From: Christensenellaceae bacterium
GTDB taxonomy: Bacteria; Bacillota; Clostridia; Christensenellales; CAG-138
Reading direction: 5' to 3'
Length of the DNA: 64,000 bases
Assembly: GCA_031261085.1 (NCBI GenBank)
Contig: JAISKB010000018.1
Location: 14,409-78,408 of the forward strand
Part shown: piece after piece, positions 45,762 to 54,804 of the stretch
Position numbering within the stretch: position 1 is the first letter of the stretch
Layout of the letters: each line of letters opens with the position of its first letter
The notes under the pieces: model-generated
What the model saw: the letters and a program-made list of their open reading frames with translations, nothing else
Told to the model about the DNA's origin: nothing
The model's database searches: none
Made by a program: the position numbers and the translations under genes

Positions 45762-45781
45762 AAGGGGGCTTTAAAAAAGAT

Positions 45782-47554
45782 TCAGTTCATGGGCACCGCA
45801 TTGGCCGGCGGCGTATAATATTTGGGGCTGGCGGTGCCGCGCCGGGCATATTCGGCGTTGCCCGCATAGGTATCGGTGTAGAGGTATTCGCTGCTCACCT
45901 TGCCGTTGCCCACATATTTGTCGAGGTATACCTCCGCCACATACGCGGGCCGCGATTCGGTAGTAATTACCTTATAGCCGCGGGGGATGGTGGCGTCGTC
46001 GGTATAGATTATATCCTTGCGGGGCGTCTCTTTTACCTCGCTGCGCCCCTGGTAGCTGATGTTGTTTTCGAGCGGCTGGCCGTAGATTAAAAACGTGACG
46101 GTCTCCTGATGGCGGCCTTCTACCTGTTCATAATAGGTGAACAAGTATAGCGGCGCGCTCGTATCGTTGCGGAATTTTAAATCGATACCCCGGGAATCCA
46201 CCGTGGCGTCCAGCCCCTTTGGTACATAGCTGGAAGGGATGCTGTGCGCCAGCCTGTCGGTAATGGTGATGTTGCCGCAGAGCAGCGCGTTATACAGCGT
46301 GGTGGATACCTGGCATATGCCGCCGCCTACCTGCAGGGTATAATCCTTGCCATAGGCGATGCCGTTGGCTTCCTTCCAGCCATCCTGGGCGGTGCGCAGG
46401 CCCACATACTGGTTAAAGCCCCATTCCTCGCCCGGCAGCACCACGCAGTTGTTGATAATATCCGCCGCCTTGTGTATGTTGAATACGCGGTTTTGCGTGA
46501 TGGTATCCTCGGTGATGGCATACTTGGTGGTAAAGCTGGCGCGCAGCTGCAGGTGCTGCGAAATCATACCCGCCGTTACGGAAGGCGGCACTGCGTTATA
46601 AATGCCCTCGATTTCGGCGGCATATATGCCCAGGCGGAACATGGCTTCGATTTTATCGGCGGTGGCGTTTGTGTCGAGCGCCCGGCCCTCGCGGCCTTCC
46701 TGGTAGGTGAAGGTAACGCTGTGATCCTCGTGCAGGGTGGGCGCGCCAATGGCGTCTATCGGCGCTATGTCAAACGCTATGGCAATCTCTTGTACGGCGC
46801 GGCGCAAGGCCTCGCTATCCCATGTGAACACATCGTTGATTTCGCCCGCGTTGCCCCCGCTCGTGATGTCGATGGCGTCGGTGTTTTCGGCTTGCGGGTC
46901 ATAGGCCATGGCGCGATTCAAAATGGCTTCGACATCGTAGGTTAGGCCTGCCTCGGCGCCGGTGATGGTGTAGCGGGTATCGCCCAGCTGCAAGGTGACG
47001 CCGGCCTTGCCCAGCAGTGCGTCGGCGGCGGCGGCAATGCTGGAGCGCGCGGAGGCCTTTGTTTTGCCCCCCACATCCAAGCCCAGCACGCGCACGCCAT
47101 CGGGGAGCTTTTGCGCCGAATTGGCGGTTAACGGGCCGGTATAGGCGGGGGCGGCGCTTGCGCGCTGCAGCATGTATATGGCGCCCCACACCACGGCTAT
47201 AACGGCGAGTATCGCCAGCAGCCGGCCCGGATGCAGGGTGAACTTGCGCTGGTTTTTTTGCGTTTGCTGTTCGGCGCCGCGCGCGCGGTTGGCGATTTGG
47301 GAGGAGGATAAATCCAGCGCCGCCGGTGCGGCGGGCTTGGCGGGTTGTTTTGCGGTGCGCGCGGTGCGGCCGCCGCTGGGCTGCGCTGCGCGGGCCGAAG
47401 AAGCGGATTTGCGCCCCTTGGCCTGTGCGGTGCGCTCGTTTACGGCGGCGCCCGATGCCTGCTTTGGCGCAGACGAAGCCACGGGTGGCTTTTGGCCGCC
47501 CTTTACTTTCATATAACTTGGCAGATTCAGTTCGGTCGGTTTTTTATCCGCCAT
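45782..47554 (-). CDS. VanW-domain protein with disordered basic N-terminus and one TM segment
   Basis: VanW core (GGGICQVSTTLYNALL...DRLAHS) preceded by a TM segment (LLAILAVIAVVWGAIYML). I chose the ATG at 47554 (MADKKPTEL...); the RBS is weak. Confidence 0.8.
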   Translation of the reverse strand: MADKKPTELNLPSYMKVKGGQKPPVASSAPKQASGAAVNERTAQAKGRKSASSARAAQPSGGRTARTAKQPAKPAAPAALDLSSSQIANRARGAEQQTQKNQRKFTLHPGRLLAILAVIAVVWGAIYMLQRASAAPAYTGPLTANSAQKLPDGVRVLGLDVGGKTKASARSSIAAAADALLGKAGVTLQLGDTRYTITGAEAGLTYDVEAILNRAMAYDPQAENTDAIDITSGGNAGEINDVFTWDSEALRRAVQEIAIAFDIAPIDAIGAPTLHEDHSVTFTYQEGREGRALDTNATADKIEAMFRLGIYAAEIEGIYNAVPPSVTAGMISQHLQLRASFTTKYAITEDTITQNRVFNIHKAADIINNCVVLPGEEWGFNQYVGLRTAQDGWKEANGIAYGKDYTLQVGGGICQVSTTLYNALLCGNITITDRLAHSIPSSYVPKGLDATVDSRGIDLKFRNDTSAPLYLFTYYEQVEGRHQETVTFLIYGQPLENNISYQGRSEVKETPRKDIIYTDDATIPRGYKVITTESRPAYVAEVYLDKYVGNGKVSSEYLYTDTYAGNAEYARRGTASPKYYTPPANAVPMN

Positions 47555-47582
47555 AACGATCCTTTTTGGCATGGGTGCGCAT

Positions 47583-48311
47583 CTATCTGCCGATGGCGCG
47601 CAGCACCACATCCGGGCAATTTGTGATGATGCCATGCACGTTGCTGGCGGCCAATGCCGCGGCGCTTTGCGCGTCGTTTACCGTCCAGGCGTTGATGGCG
47701 ATGCCGGCGTCGCGGCAGCCCTCGATAAGCCCGGGGCAATGCTGGGCGGCAAGGTAGTGCGGGTGGATGGCATCCGCCTTAAGGCGCTGGGCATAAATCC
47801 ACGGGTCTACCATCGCGTTGCCATACAGCAGGCCAATCTCGGAATCCGGGTCCAGCTCGCGGACCTTTAAGAGCACATAGTGGTTGAAGGAAGAATAGAG
47901 TATGCGCCCCGCCATGCCCATCTCGCGCTCGGTTTGCAAAAGCTTATCCCAAATGCCGGGGTAGGGCGTTGCGTCATATTTGATTTCGATATTTATGCGC
48001 AGATTGGAACCCTTGATTAAACCGTATACCTCGCGCAGCGTGGGGATACGCGCGCCTTCGTAGCCGCGCATCCCACAGGAAAAATCGAGCTTTTTTAGTT
48101 CTTGGCAGGTAAACTCCGCCACGCGGCCAAACCCGTTGCTGGTGCGGTCTACGGTATCGTCATGGAGAACCACCAGCTTGCCATCCGCGGTTTCCTGTAC
48201 ATCCAGCTCGATGCCGTCGGCGCCCTGCTCTATGGCCAGCTGAAAAGCGGGGATGGTGTTTTCGGGCGCGTATGCGCTCGCGCCCCGATGCGCCCAAACT
48301 TTGGTTGCCAT
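47583..48311 (-). CDS. glycerophosphodiester phosphodiesterase
   Basis: WAHRGASAYAPENTIPAF...GADGIELDVQ...VVLHDDTVDRT is the GDPD signature. GGAGG RBS. Confidence 0.9.
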   Translation of the reverse strand: MATKVWAHRGASAYAPENTIPAFQLAIEQGADGIELDVQETADGKLVVLHDDTVDRTSNGFGRVAEFTCQELKKLDFSCGMRGYEGARIPTLREVYGLIKGSNLRINIEIKYDATPYPGIWDKLLQTEREMGMAGRILYSSFNHYVLLKVRELDPDSEIGLLYGNAMVDPWIYAQRLKADAIHPHYLAAQHCPGLIEGCRDAGIAINAWTVNDAQSAAALAASNVHGIITNCPDVVLRAIGR

Positions 48312-48421
48312 ACCTATAATACCTCCCGGGAAAATCATTGAAAAAACGTCAAATTCTCTCCAATTATGAGTATTATAGCATATGCCGGGCATTATTTGAA
48401 GGATTTGGAGGCAAAAACACC

Positions 48422-48829
48422 TTAAAACAGGTTATAAATATTGAATGTTTCGGAGGCGTCCATGTGCTCCAGCACGCGCAGCGCATCCTGAAGCTCCGTG
48501 AGCATGTTGCCCCATTCGGCGATGGCGGCAAGATGCAGGGAAGCTTCCACCGCCATGTGCAGCTGGTTCACATTTTCGTGGTTGATAAACAGCCTGAGCG
48601 TGCCCTCGGCCCTGCCCAGCGTTTCGAGCATGGAGTTCACAGCGCGGCTGGCGGCCTTCACATCGCCGGCCATGGCGGCGGCTTCCGCCTTGCTGGCCTG
48701 CTCCCGCATATCGGTTGTGAAGCCGGTTACATACGCGTGCGGCGCAATGAACAAAAACAGCAGCAGCGCGCCCAAAACGCACATGAAAATGCGGTTTATG
48801 AGGGGGAAGGAGGTGTGCTTCGACATCAT
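48422..48829 (-). CDS. DUF4363-family small membrane-anchored protein
   Basis: 135 aa with an N-terminal TM segment followed by helices. ATGA-type overlap with the upstream DUF421 gene, the usual pairing for this family. Confidence 0.7.
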   Translation of the reverse strand: MMSKHTSFPLINRIFMCVLGALLLFLFIAPHAYVTGFTTDMREQASKAEAAAMAGDVKAASRAVNSMLETLGRAEGTLRLFINHENVNQLHMAVEASLHLAAIAEWGNMLTELQDALRVLEHMDASETFNIYNLF

Positions 48830-49545
48830 GCCGCACCGCCCTTGCCTATGGAGAGGAAGCGGACATCCCCGCCGAACCTGGCTTTGCGCTGTATATGCAG
48901 CGTTTGGCCAGCGAGGAACGCGAAGAGCACCTGCTGTGCATCGGATATATCCGCGCGGCGCAGCTGGGCGTTTAGCCAGCTTTCGGTATACCCGGCCTGC
49001 CGCAGGGTAGGCAGGTGCATATGACCATCCTGAATTAGCAGATACGGCGGCCTGGCAACGGGGGATTCCAGCTTTAGCGCCTCGTAGCTGGGCGCCTGTC
49101 TGGGCCCCTTGGGCAGCACCGATAGGCTGCCGTTGGTTTCGAGTATGGCATACTCCACATCGGCCAGGTTGAACATATCCTTCGTGCGCAGCTGCTCCAT
49201 CAGGTCGTTGAGGGAATAGCGCGCATCGTGCAGCGCGTGCTCGTTGACGATGCCCTGGGAGATGAGCAAAATGGGGTGGCCGCACAGCCCTACGCGTACG
49301 CGTTCAAACTTGAGGGAAAGAAAAGCCAGTAGCTGCTGCATAAAAAGCAGCGCGATGATGGGCACCACGCCATAGAGCAGCGGTATGCTCATATCGGAGG
49401 CCGGTTCGCTGGCGAGGTCGGCAACGAGCAGCGTAATCAGCAGGTCAAACGGCTGCAGGTCGCTCAGCTGGCGTTTGCCCGTCATGCGGATGATGAGGAA
49501 CACCAGCACATATAGTATGATAGCGCGCACAAATAGTATCAGCAT
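48826..49545 (-). CDS. DUF421 (YetF-like) membrane protein
   Basis: ILYVLVFLIIRMTGKRQLSDLQPFDLLITLLVADLA is the DUF421 N-terminal signature. The start is uncertain: ATG at 49545, or TTG at 49578 as in the ORF track. Confidence 0.8.
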   Translation of the reverse strand: MLILFVRAIILYVLVFLIIRMTGKRQLSDLQPFDLLITLLVADLASEPASDMSIPLLYGVVPIIALLFMQQLLAFLSLKFERVRVGLCGHPILLISQGIVNEHALHDARYSLNDLMEQLRTKDMFNLADVEYAILETNGSLSVLPKGPRQAPSYEALKLESPVARPPYLLIQDGHMHLPTLRQAGYTESWLNAQLRRADISDAQQVLFAFLAGQTLHIQRKARFGGDVRFLSIGKGGAA

Positions 49546-49603
49546 AGCCCTAGTATGGCTCAAATCCGCCCAAAACAATCAAATTTGCAATCGCAATCAC
49601 CCG

Positions 49604-49632
49604 TTGACACCAATGTGCGTTTCTGATACAAT
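49604..49632 (+). promoter_or_regulatory. consensus sigma-A promoter of the tRNA operon
   Basis: TTGACA (49604-49609), 17-nt spacer, TACAAT (49627-49632), with a TGa extension. Confidence 0.75.
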
Positions 49633-49693
49633 ACATAAATGTCGGCAGGGATAGCCTGTATTGCGGCTTCACTTGGCTTGCGTTTTTGGATAT

Positions 49694-49770
49694 GCGCCTG
49701 TAGCTCAGCTGGATAGAGCAACGGCCTTCTAAGCCGTAGGCCCAGGGTTCGAATCCCTGCGGGCGCGCCA
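49694..49770 (+). tRNA. tRNA-Arg (anticodon UCU)
   Basis: Hand-folded cloverleaf: acceptor GCGCCUG/CGGGCGC, D arm GCUC...GAGC, anticodon stem ACGGC/GCCGU with loop CUUCUAA, T arm CAGGG-UUCGAAU-CCCUG, encoded CCA. Confidence 0.9.
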
Positions 49771-49867
49771 ACCCTATTTGCGTTTGCATCTTGCGATAGC
49801 AAGTCAAGCGCAGCAGGCGTGCGGGGTATCTTTTTCGGAGTACCCTGCCACATCCGTTTCATGATAT

Positions 49868-49946
49868 GGTGGGTATAGTTCAGCCTGGTTAGAATGCCAG
49901 ATTGTGGCTCTGGAGGTCGTGGGTTCGAGTCCCACTACCCACCCCA
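49868..49946 (+). tRNA. tRNA-His (anticodon GUG) with encoded G-1
   Basis: G-1 plus acceptor GUGGGUA/UACCCAC, anticodon stem CCAGA/UCUGG with loop UUGUGGC, T arm GUGGG-UUCGAGU-CCCAC, C73, encoded CCA. Confidence 0.9.
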
Positions 49947-50014
49947 TATTGCCATGAGTGGCCGTGCCGGTTCGCCTGAGTGGCGCGTTAGTGCGGCCAT
50001 CTCATTACCCACAA

Positions 50015-50089
50015 TGGGGTGTCGCCAAGCGGTAAGGCACGGGACTTTGACTCCCGCATGCGTAGGTTCAAATCCTGCCACCCCAGCCA
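50015..50089 (+). tRNA. tRNA-Gln (anticodon UUG)
   Basis: Acceptor UGGGGUG/CACCCCA, anticodon stem CGGGA/UCCCG with loop CUUUGAC, T arm GUAGG-UUCAAAU-CCUGC, encoded CCA. Confidence 0.88.
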
Positions 50090-50131
50090 AGATTCAGGCT
50101 GCCCAGGGCATTTTCCCTGCACAGCCATCGT

Positions 50132-50154
50132 GACCCGTTAGCTCAGCGGTGAGG
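50132..50154 (+). pseudogene. truncated tRNA 5' fragment (acceptor strand + D arm only)
   Basis: GACCCGU-UA-GCUC-AGCGGU-GAGg is a textbook tRNA 5' third. The sequence then runs straight into a terminator hairpin, with no anticodon or T arm. Confidence 0.4.
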
Positions 50155-50156
50155 AA

Positions 50157-50200
50157 AAGAGGACAAGCCCCTTTGAATAAAGGGTTTGTCCTCTTTTTTT
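50157..50200 (+). terminator. rho-independent terminator closing the tRNA operon
   Basis: AGAGGACAAgCCCcUUU-gaaua-AAAGGGuUUGUCCUCU long stem followed by T7. Confidence 0.85.
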
Positions 50201-50227
50201 ATGCCTTCACTTCTCCATATAAAACCA

Positions 50228-50277
50228 TTGACAAACACAGGCAAGTATGTTGTAATATTAATTAATCAAATTAATTA
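50228..50277 (+). promoter_or_regulatory. promoter of the transketolase operon with an overlapping AT-palindrome (candidate operator)
   Basis: TTGACA (50228-50233), 17-nt spacer, TGTAAT (50251-50256) with an upstream TGt. It is immediately followed by the inverted repeat TAATTAAT-caa-ATTAATTA (50259-50277). The 10-mer TATTAATTAA lies at 50256-50265. Confidence 0.6.
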
Positions 50278-50289
50278 TAATAATAAATA

Positions 50290-50309
50290 TAGAATTAAAT
50301 AGAATTAAA
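50290..50309. repeat. perfect tandem 10-mer (TAGAATTAAA x2) in the operon leader
   Basis: 50290-50299 and 50300-50309 are identical. Confidence 0.8.
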
Positions 50310-50376
50310 ATAAATCCAATAGCGCGACGGCGAGAGGTATGCCGGTATTTTATGAGGAAGGCAATGGGTAAAAAGC

Positions 50377-51246
50377 ATGTTGGATAACCAAAGAGAACTG
50401 CTGGAACGCATGAGTGCCGATATTCGCATACAATTTTTAAAGATGTTCGGCAAGCTGGGCTTTGGGCATGTTGGCGGCTGTGCCTCCATAGCGGATGTAC
50501 TCGCCGTGTTGTATGGCGGCATGATGCGCGTGGATCCAGCCAACCCGGCCGCACAAGACAGGGATTGGCTGGTGCTCTCCAAGGGCCATGCGGCGCCGGC
50601 ACTATATGCGGCGCTGGCGCTGCGGGGGTTTTTCCCCATGGAATGGCTTGCAACGCTGAACATGCCCGGCACAAAGCTGCCCAGCCATGCCGATGCGCGA
50701 ACGGTGCCCGGTATAGATTTTTGCACGGGATCGTTGGGGCAGGGTATTTCGGCGGCGGTGGGCATATGCCTTGCGAACCGCCTGAAAGGGCAAAGCAGCT
50801 GGGTGTATTGCATACTGGGCGATGGGGAACTTAACGAAGGGCAGGTGTTTGAAGCCTGCGGCACTGCGGCGCACTATGGGCTGGACCATTTTATATGCTT
50901 TGTTGACTGGAACAAAAAGCAGCTGGACGGAACGCTTGCGCAGGTGCAAAACCCTGTGGATATAGCGGGGAAATTCAAGGCCTTTGGTTTTGATACGCAG
51001 ATGGCAAGGGGCTATGATGTGGAGGATATCCACGCGTGCATATTGCGGGCAAAGGACGCGCCGGACGCGCCGCATTGCATCGTACTGGATACCTACAAGG
51101 GGTTAGGCATCGACTTTGCGGAAGAGCAGGAACACAACCATCACCTTGTTTGCAGCGCGGAGCAATGCGCCGCCGCTATAGAAGAAATTGAAAGGCGCCT
51201 AAAAGAGGGCTGCTATCCCGGAGGTATGCGTTATGGTAAAGCTTAA
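50377..51246 (+). CDS. transketolase, N-terminal (TPP-binding) subunit
   Basis: Split-transketolase pattern GHVGGCASIADVLAVLY, and GSLGQGISAAVG...GDGELNEGQVFEA (TPP motif). Confidence 0.9.
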   Translation: MLDNQRELLERMSADIRIQFLKMFGKLGFGHVGGCASIADVLAVLYGGMMRVDPANPAAQDRDWLVLSKGHAAPALYAALALRGFFPMEWLATLNMPGTKLPSHADARTVPGIDFCTGSLGQGISAAVGICLANRLKGQSSWVYCILGDGELNEGQVFEACGTAAHYGLDHFICFVDWNKKQLDGTLAQVQNPVDIAGKFKAFGFDTQMARGYDVEDIHACILRAKDAPDAPHCIVLDTYKGLGIDFAEEQEHNHHLVCSAEQCAAAIEEIERRLKEGCYPGGMRYGKA

Positions 51247-52201
51247 GCAAACGCCTGCGGCGGGGGCACAAGAGATGCGCGGCGCCTGCTGCGAAGCGCT
51301 GATGGAAGAAGCGGGCAAAAACGACAGCATCGTGGTAATCAACTGCGATTTATGCGGGCCTATGGGGCTAAAGCTGTTTGAAAAACAGTTTCCAACGCGC
51401 TCCATCAACGTGGGCATTGCAGAAGCAAACGCGTGCAGCATGGCGGGCGGGATGTCGGCGGCGGGCATGGTTCCCTTTTTTGTTACGTTTGCGGTATTTG
51501 CAAGCCGCCGCGTTTACGACCAGGTTTTTATGAGCTGTGCGTACCCGGGCCTAAATGTAAAGATTATCGGCGGGGATTCCGGCGTGACCAGCGAATACAA
51601 CGGCGGCACGCATATGGCGTTTGAGGATGTCGGCATGCTGCGGATTATGCCCAACATCACCATAATGGAGCCTTCGGATACGGTGATGATGAAGGCGCTT
51701 ATCCGGGAAATGACGCGCACATACGGCGTACAATACCTGCGCACGCCGCGCAAAAAAACGCCGCAAATATATGAGGAAGGCACGGCGTTTGAAATAGGCA
51801 AAGGCGTTGTGCTGCGCGAGGGTAGCGATGTTACGCTGATGGCGTATGGGATTACCGTGTGTGAAGCGCTTAAGGCGGCGGATGTGCTCAAAGAAGAAGG
51901 CATCTTGGCGCGCGTGGTGGATATGTTTACGATAAAGCCGCTGGATAAGGCATGCGTGCTGGAAAGCGCAAGGCGTACCGGCGCGATTGTAACCGCCGAA
52001 AACCATCAGGTAACAGGCGGGCTGGGCAGCGCCGTGGCGGAGCTGCTTTCCGAAACCCTGCCAACGCCCATCGAGCGCGTGGGCGTGCAGGATGAATTTG
52101 GCGAAGTGGGCACGCAGGCTTACCTGATGGAGCGATTTAGCCTTACGGCCGCGTCGATTGTTGAAAGAGCAAAGCTGGCGGTTGCCAGAAAAAACAGTTA
52201 G
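51233..52201 (+). CDS. transketolase, C-terminal (pyrimidine-binding) subunit
   Basis: INVGIAEANACSMAGGMSAAGMVPF, a later GGTHMAFEDVGMLR, and the C-terminal domain. Overlaps the N-subunit gene by 14 nt. GGAGG RBS. Confidence 0.9.
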   Translation: MVKLKQTPAAGAQEMRGACCEALMEEAGKNDSIVVINCDLCGPMGLKLFEKQFPTRSINVGIAEANACSMAGGMSAAGMVPFFVTFAVFASRRVYDQVFMSCAYPGLNVKIIGGDSGVTSEYNGGTHMAFEDVGMLRIMPNITIMEPSDTVMMKALIREMTRTYGVQYLRTPRKKTPQIYEEGTAFEIGKGVVLREGSDVTLMAYGITVCEALKAADVLKEEGILARVVDMFTIKPLDKACVLESARRTGAIVTAENHQVTGGLGSAVAELLSETLPTPIERVGVQDEFGEVGTQAYLMERFSLTAASIVERAKLAVARKNS

Positions 52202-52228
52202 CCAAACAAGGGCGGAAAGGGATAACAA

Positions 52229-53599
52229 GTGGAACAGAGCTACATTGATATGCTGCTTGAAAAAGCGAGGAAGGCGCAGCGGGAGTTGGAGTCGTATACG
52301 CAGGGGGAAATCGACCGTATCGTAAAGACGATAGGCAAAACCATATACGACAATGCAGAAGTGCTTGCGGAGGAAGCGGTGAAGGAATCCGGCTTTGGGC
52401 GCGTGGACAGCAAAACCTGGAAGCAAAAGAAAACCTGCGTCGCCGCGTGGAGATACCTGCGGGATAAAAAATCTACCGGCATTATCGAGGAGGATTTTCT
52501 CCACGAGGTTATTACATATGCAAAGCCCATCGGCGTGATTGCATGCGTGGCGCCCAGCACCAACCCAACCTCCACTGTGGCGAGCAACGGCATGAGCATC
52601 ATAAAGGCGGGTAACGCGATGATCGTTGCGCCGCATCCACGCACCAAAGGATGTACGCAGCACGGCGTTGCGCTGATTAACGCGGCGCTGGCCAATATAA
52701 AATCGCCCGCAAACCTTATACAGGTTATTGAGGCGCCCACCATGGCGCTTTCGCAAGAGCTTATGAGCAAGTGCGACGTTACCCTTGCGACCGGCGGCGT
52801 AGCCATGGTAAAGGCGGCCTATTCCAGCGGGAAGCCCAGCTTTGGCGTGGGGCAGGGGAATGTGCAAACCATCGTTGCGGCGGATTACAGCGATTATGAT
52901 AACGTCGCTTCCATCGTAACCGGCAACCGCGCTTATGATAACGGCGTGCCCTGCACATGTGACCAGTGCCTACACTTCCCGAAGGCGGCGGAGGAGCAAA
53001 TACTTGCCTCGTTCCAAAAGAGCGGGGCGTATATCCTTAATGACGAAAAGAAGATAGACGAGCTGCTCACCATCATGTTTCAGCCAAACGGGGCCATCAA
53101 CCCGCAAAATGTGGGCATACCCGCCATTGAGCTTGCCAGGCGGTTGGGGATTGATGCGCCCGAGGATACGATGATATTGATGGCAAAGGCGCGCGGCGTG
53201 GGCCGGCAGGATATGCTTTGCAAGGAAAAGCTGAACCCCGTGCTTGCCTATATGCCGTATGCGGCATTTGAGCAGGGTGTGCAAAACGCGAAGGAAAACC
53301 TGCTTATGGAGGGCGCGGGCCATTCCGCGGTGGTGTTTACGAACGAAACGGAAACGGCAAGCCAGGTTGGCGCCATACTGCCCGTAAGCCGGGTTGTGGT
53401 AAACCAGGCGGGCGGCACGGCCTCCGGCGGAAACCTGTGCAATGGGCTAAACCCTACCATGTCGCTTGGCTGCGGGAGCTGGGGCAACAACAGCATCAGT
53501 GAAAACCTGACCTACCGCCACCTCATGAATATGACGAAGGTCGCGTTCCCCATCAAGGGCGCAACGTTCCCAACGCCGGAGGAAGCGTGGGCAGATTAG
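52229..53599 (+). CDS. CoA-acylating aldehyde dehydrogenase, SucD type (substrate unknown)
   Basis: By my recollection it aligns along its whole length with Clostridium kluyveri acylating succinate-semialdehyde dehydrogenase (LIEKA..AQ..LE.Y.Q, APHP..K, VKAAYSSGKP.(F/Y)GVG.GN, YDNG..C, LGCGSWG.NSISENLTY). GTG start. Confidence 0.8.
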   Translation: MEQSYIDMLLEKARKAQRELESYTQGEIDRIVKTIGKTIYDNAEVLAEEAVKESGFGRVDSKTWKQKKTCVAAWRYLRDKKSTGIIEEDFLHEVITYAKPIGVIACVAPSTNPTSTVASNGMSIIKAGNAMIVAPHPRTKGCTQHGVALINAALANIKSPANLIQVIEAPTMALSQELMSKCDVTLATGGVAMVKAAYSSGKPSFGVGQGNVQTIVAADYSDYDNVASIVTGNRAYDNGVPCTCDQCLHFPKAAEEQILASFQKSGAYILNDEKKIDELLTIMFQPNGAINPQNVGIPAIELARRLGIDAPEDTMILMAKARGVGRQDMLCKEKLNPVLAYMPYAAFEQGVQNAKENLLMEGAGHSAVVFTNETETASQVGAILPVSRVVVNQAGGTASGGNLCNGLNPTMSLGCGSWGNNSISENLTYRHLMNMTKVAFPIKGATFPTPEEAWAD

Positions 53600-53613
53600 C
53601 GGGAGGTAATGGT

Positions 53614-54804
53614 ATGCAGTATAGCCGCCTAAAAAATAAATACGCCATAGCCGGCATAGGCTATACGCCGCAGGGGAAGGTGCCGGGGCGTACGGCCGCA
53701 AGCTTCCACGCGCAAGCATGCATCAACGCGGCAAAGGATGCCGGGGTCGCCCTGCAGGAGGTAGACGGCCTGCTGCTATACCGCCATTTCCCACCTGTGG
53801 GCGAGGATATAGAAACGACCGCCTTTACCGTTGCAGAGCAGCTTGGCATACAGCCCGCAATCTTGGGGCAGGAGCATTACTGCACGCGCAACGGCCTGCC
53901 GCAGGCCATCGGATTGCTGGAAAGCGGCCTGTGCAACTATGTGCTGATTTCCTATGGGGATAATGCCCGCAGCGGGAAGCGCAGCTTTGTGAAGGAGGTC
54001 ATAGGGGAACAGGCCACGGATGAGCTTGCGGCCTATGGGGATATGAGCACCCTTGCGAAATACGCGATGCTTGCACGGCGCGCGGAGTATGAATTTGGCA
54101 CGGGCGCGCACGTTTGGAAGGAAATCGCGCTTGCGCAGCGCGCTTGGGCGCAGTTGAACCCCATTGCGCAAATGCACGGGAAGCCGCTTACGGATGAACA
54201 ATATGAAAACGAGCGGATGGTGGTGGAGCCGTTCCGCCTGCTGGACGCAACGCCGGTGAGCGATGGGGGGCGGGCCATACTGCTTACCTCCGCAAAAAAC
54301 GCGCATCGCCTAAAGCAGCCGCCGGTTTATATATCCGGCATAGGGTTTGCCAACCGGCCGGAATCCCCCTATAGGCATGTGCCGGGGGACCCGTATAGCG
54401 CGGCGGCGGTCGCCGCCAAACAGGCATTCCAGATGGCGGGCGTTACCCATAAGGATATCGATGCCTGCGAGCTTTATGATTGCTTTACCTACACGGTTGA
54501 GTCCCTGCTGGTGGACTATGGCTTTTGCAAAGCAAACGAAAGCGGCGCCTTCATCACGCGGGGACGGATAGGGCCGGGGGGCGCGCTGCCCGTGAACACC
54601 TCCGGCGGGATGCTTTCGGAAGCGTATTTTATGGGTATGACGGCAATTTGCGAAGCGGCGATGCAGCTTATGGGCCGCGCCGGAGAAAGGCAGTTGGGGG
54701 AGCGAACGGGGACAAAAGCGCCCAAAACCATCGTCTGCGGCGATAACGGCGGCGTGTTCCAAAGCCATTGCACGCTGATACTATCCGGGGGGATACAAGT
54801 ATGA
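53614..54804 (+). CDS. SCP-x-type thiolase-like protein with non-canonical catalytic motifs
   Basis: Thiolase fold pattern (YAIAGIGYTPQG, PVSDGGRAILLTS, NTSGGMLSE). The usual ACASG and GHPLGATG blocks read HYCTRNG and EAYFMGMTA here. GGGAGG RBS. Confidence 0.7.
   Translation: MQYSRLKNKYAIAGIGYTPQGKVPGRTAASFHAQACINAAKDAGVALQEVDGLLLYRHFPPVGEDIETTAFTVAEQLGIQPAILGQEHYCTRNGLPQAIGLLESGLCNYVLISYGDNARSGKRSFVKEVIGEQATDELAAYGDMSTLAKYAMLARRAEYEFGTGAHVWKEIALAQRAWAQLNPIAQMHGKPLTDEQYENERMVVEPFRLLDATPVSDGGRAILLTSAKNAHRLKQPPVYISGIGFANRPESPYRHVPGDPYSAAAVAAKQAFQMAGVTHKDIDACELYDCFTYTVESLLVDYGFCKANESGAFITRGRIGPGGALPVNTSGGMLSEAYFMGMTAICEAAMQLMGRAGERQLGERTGTKAPKTIVCGDNGGVFQSHCTLILSGGIQV

Noticed and set aside
49771-50014. 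Additional tRNA or small RNA genes in the unusually long tRNA spacers (97 and 68 nt).
   Set aside because: The spacers contain hairpins (for example ATGAG-TGGCCG...CGGCCA-TCTCAT at about 49954-50005) but no cloverleaf, A-box/B-box pair or anticodon arm. They are most likely processing stems.
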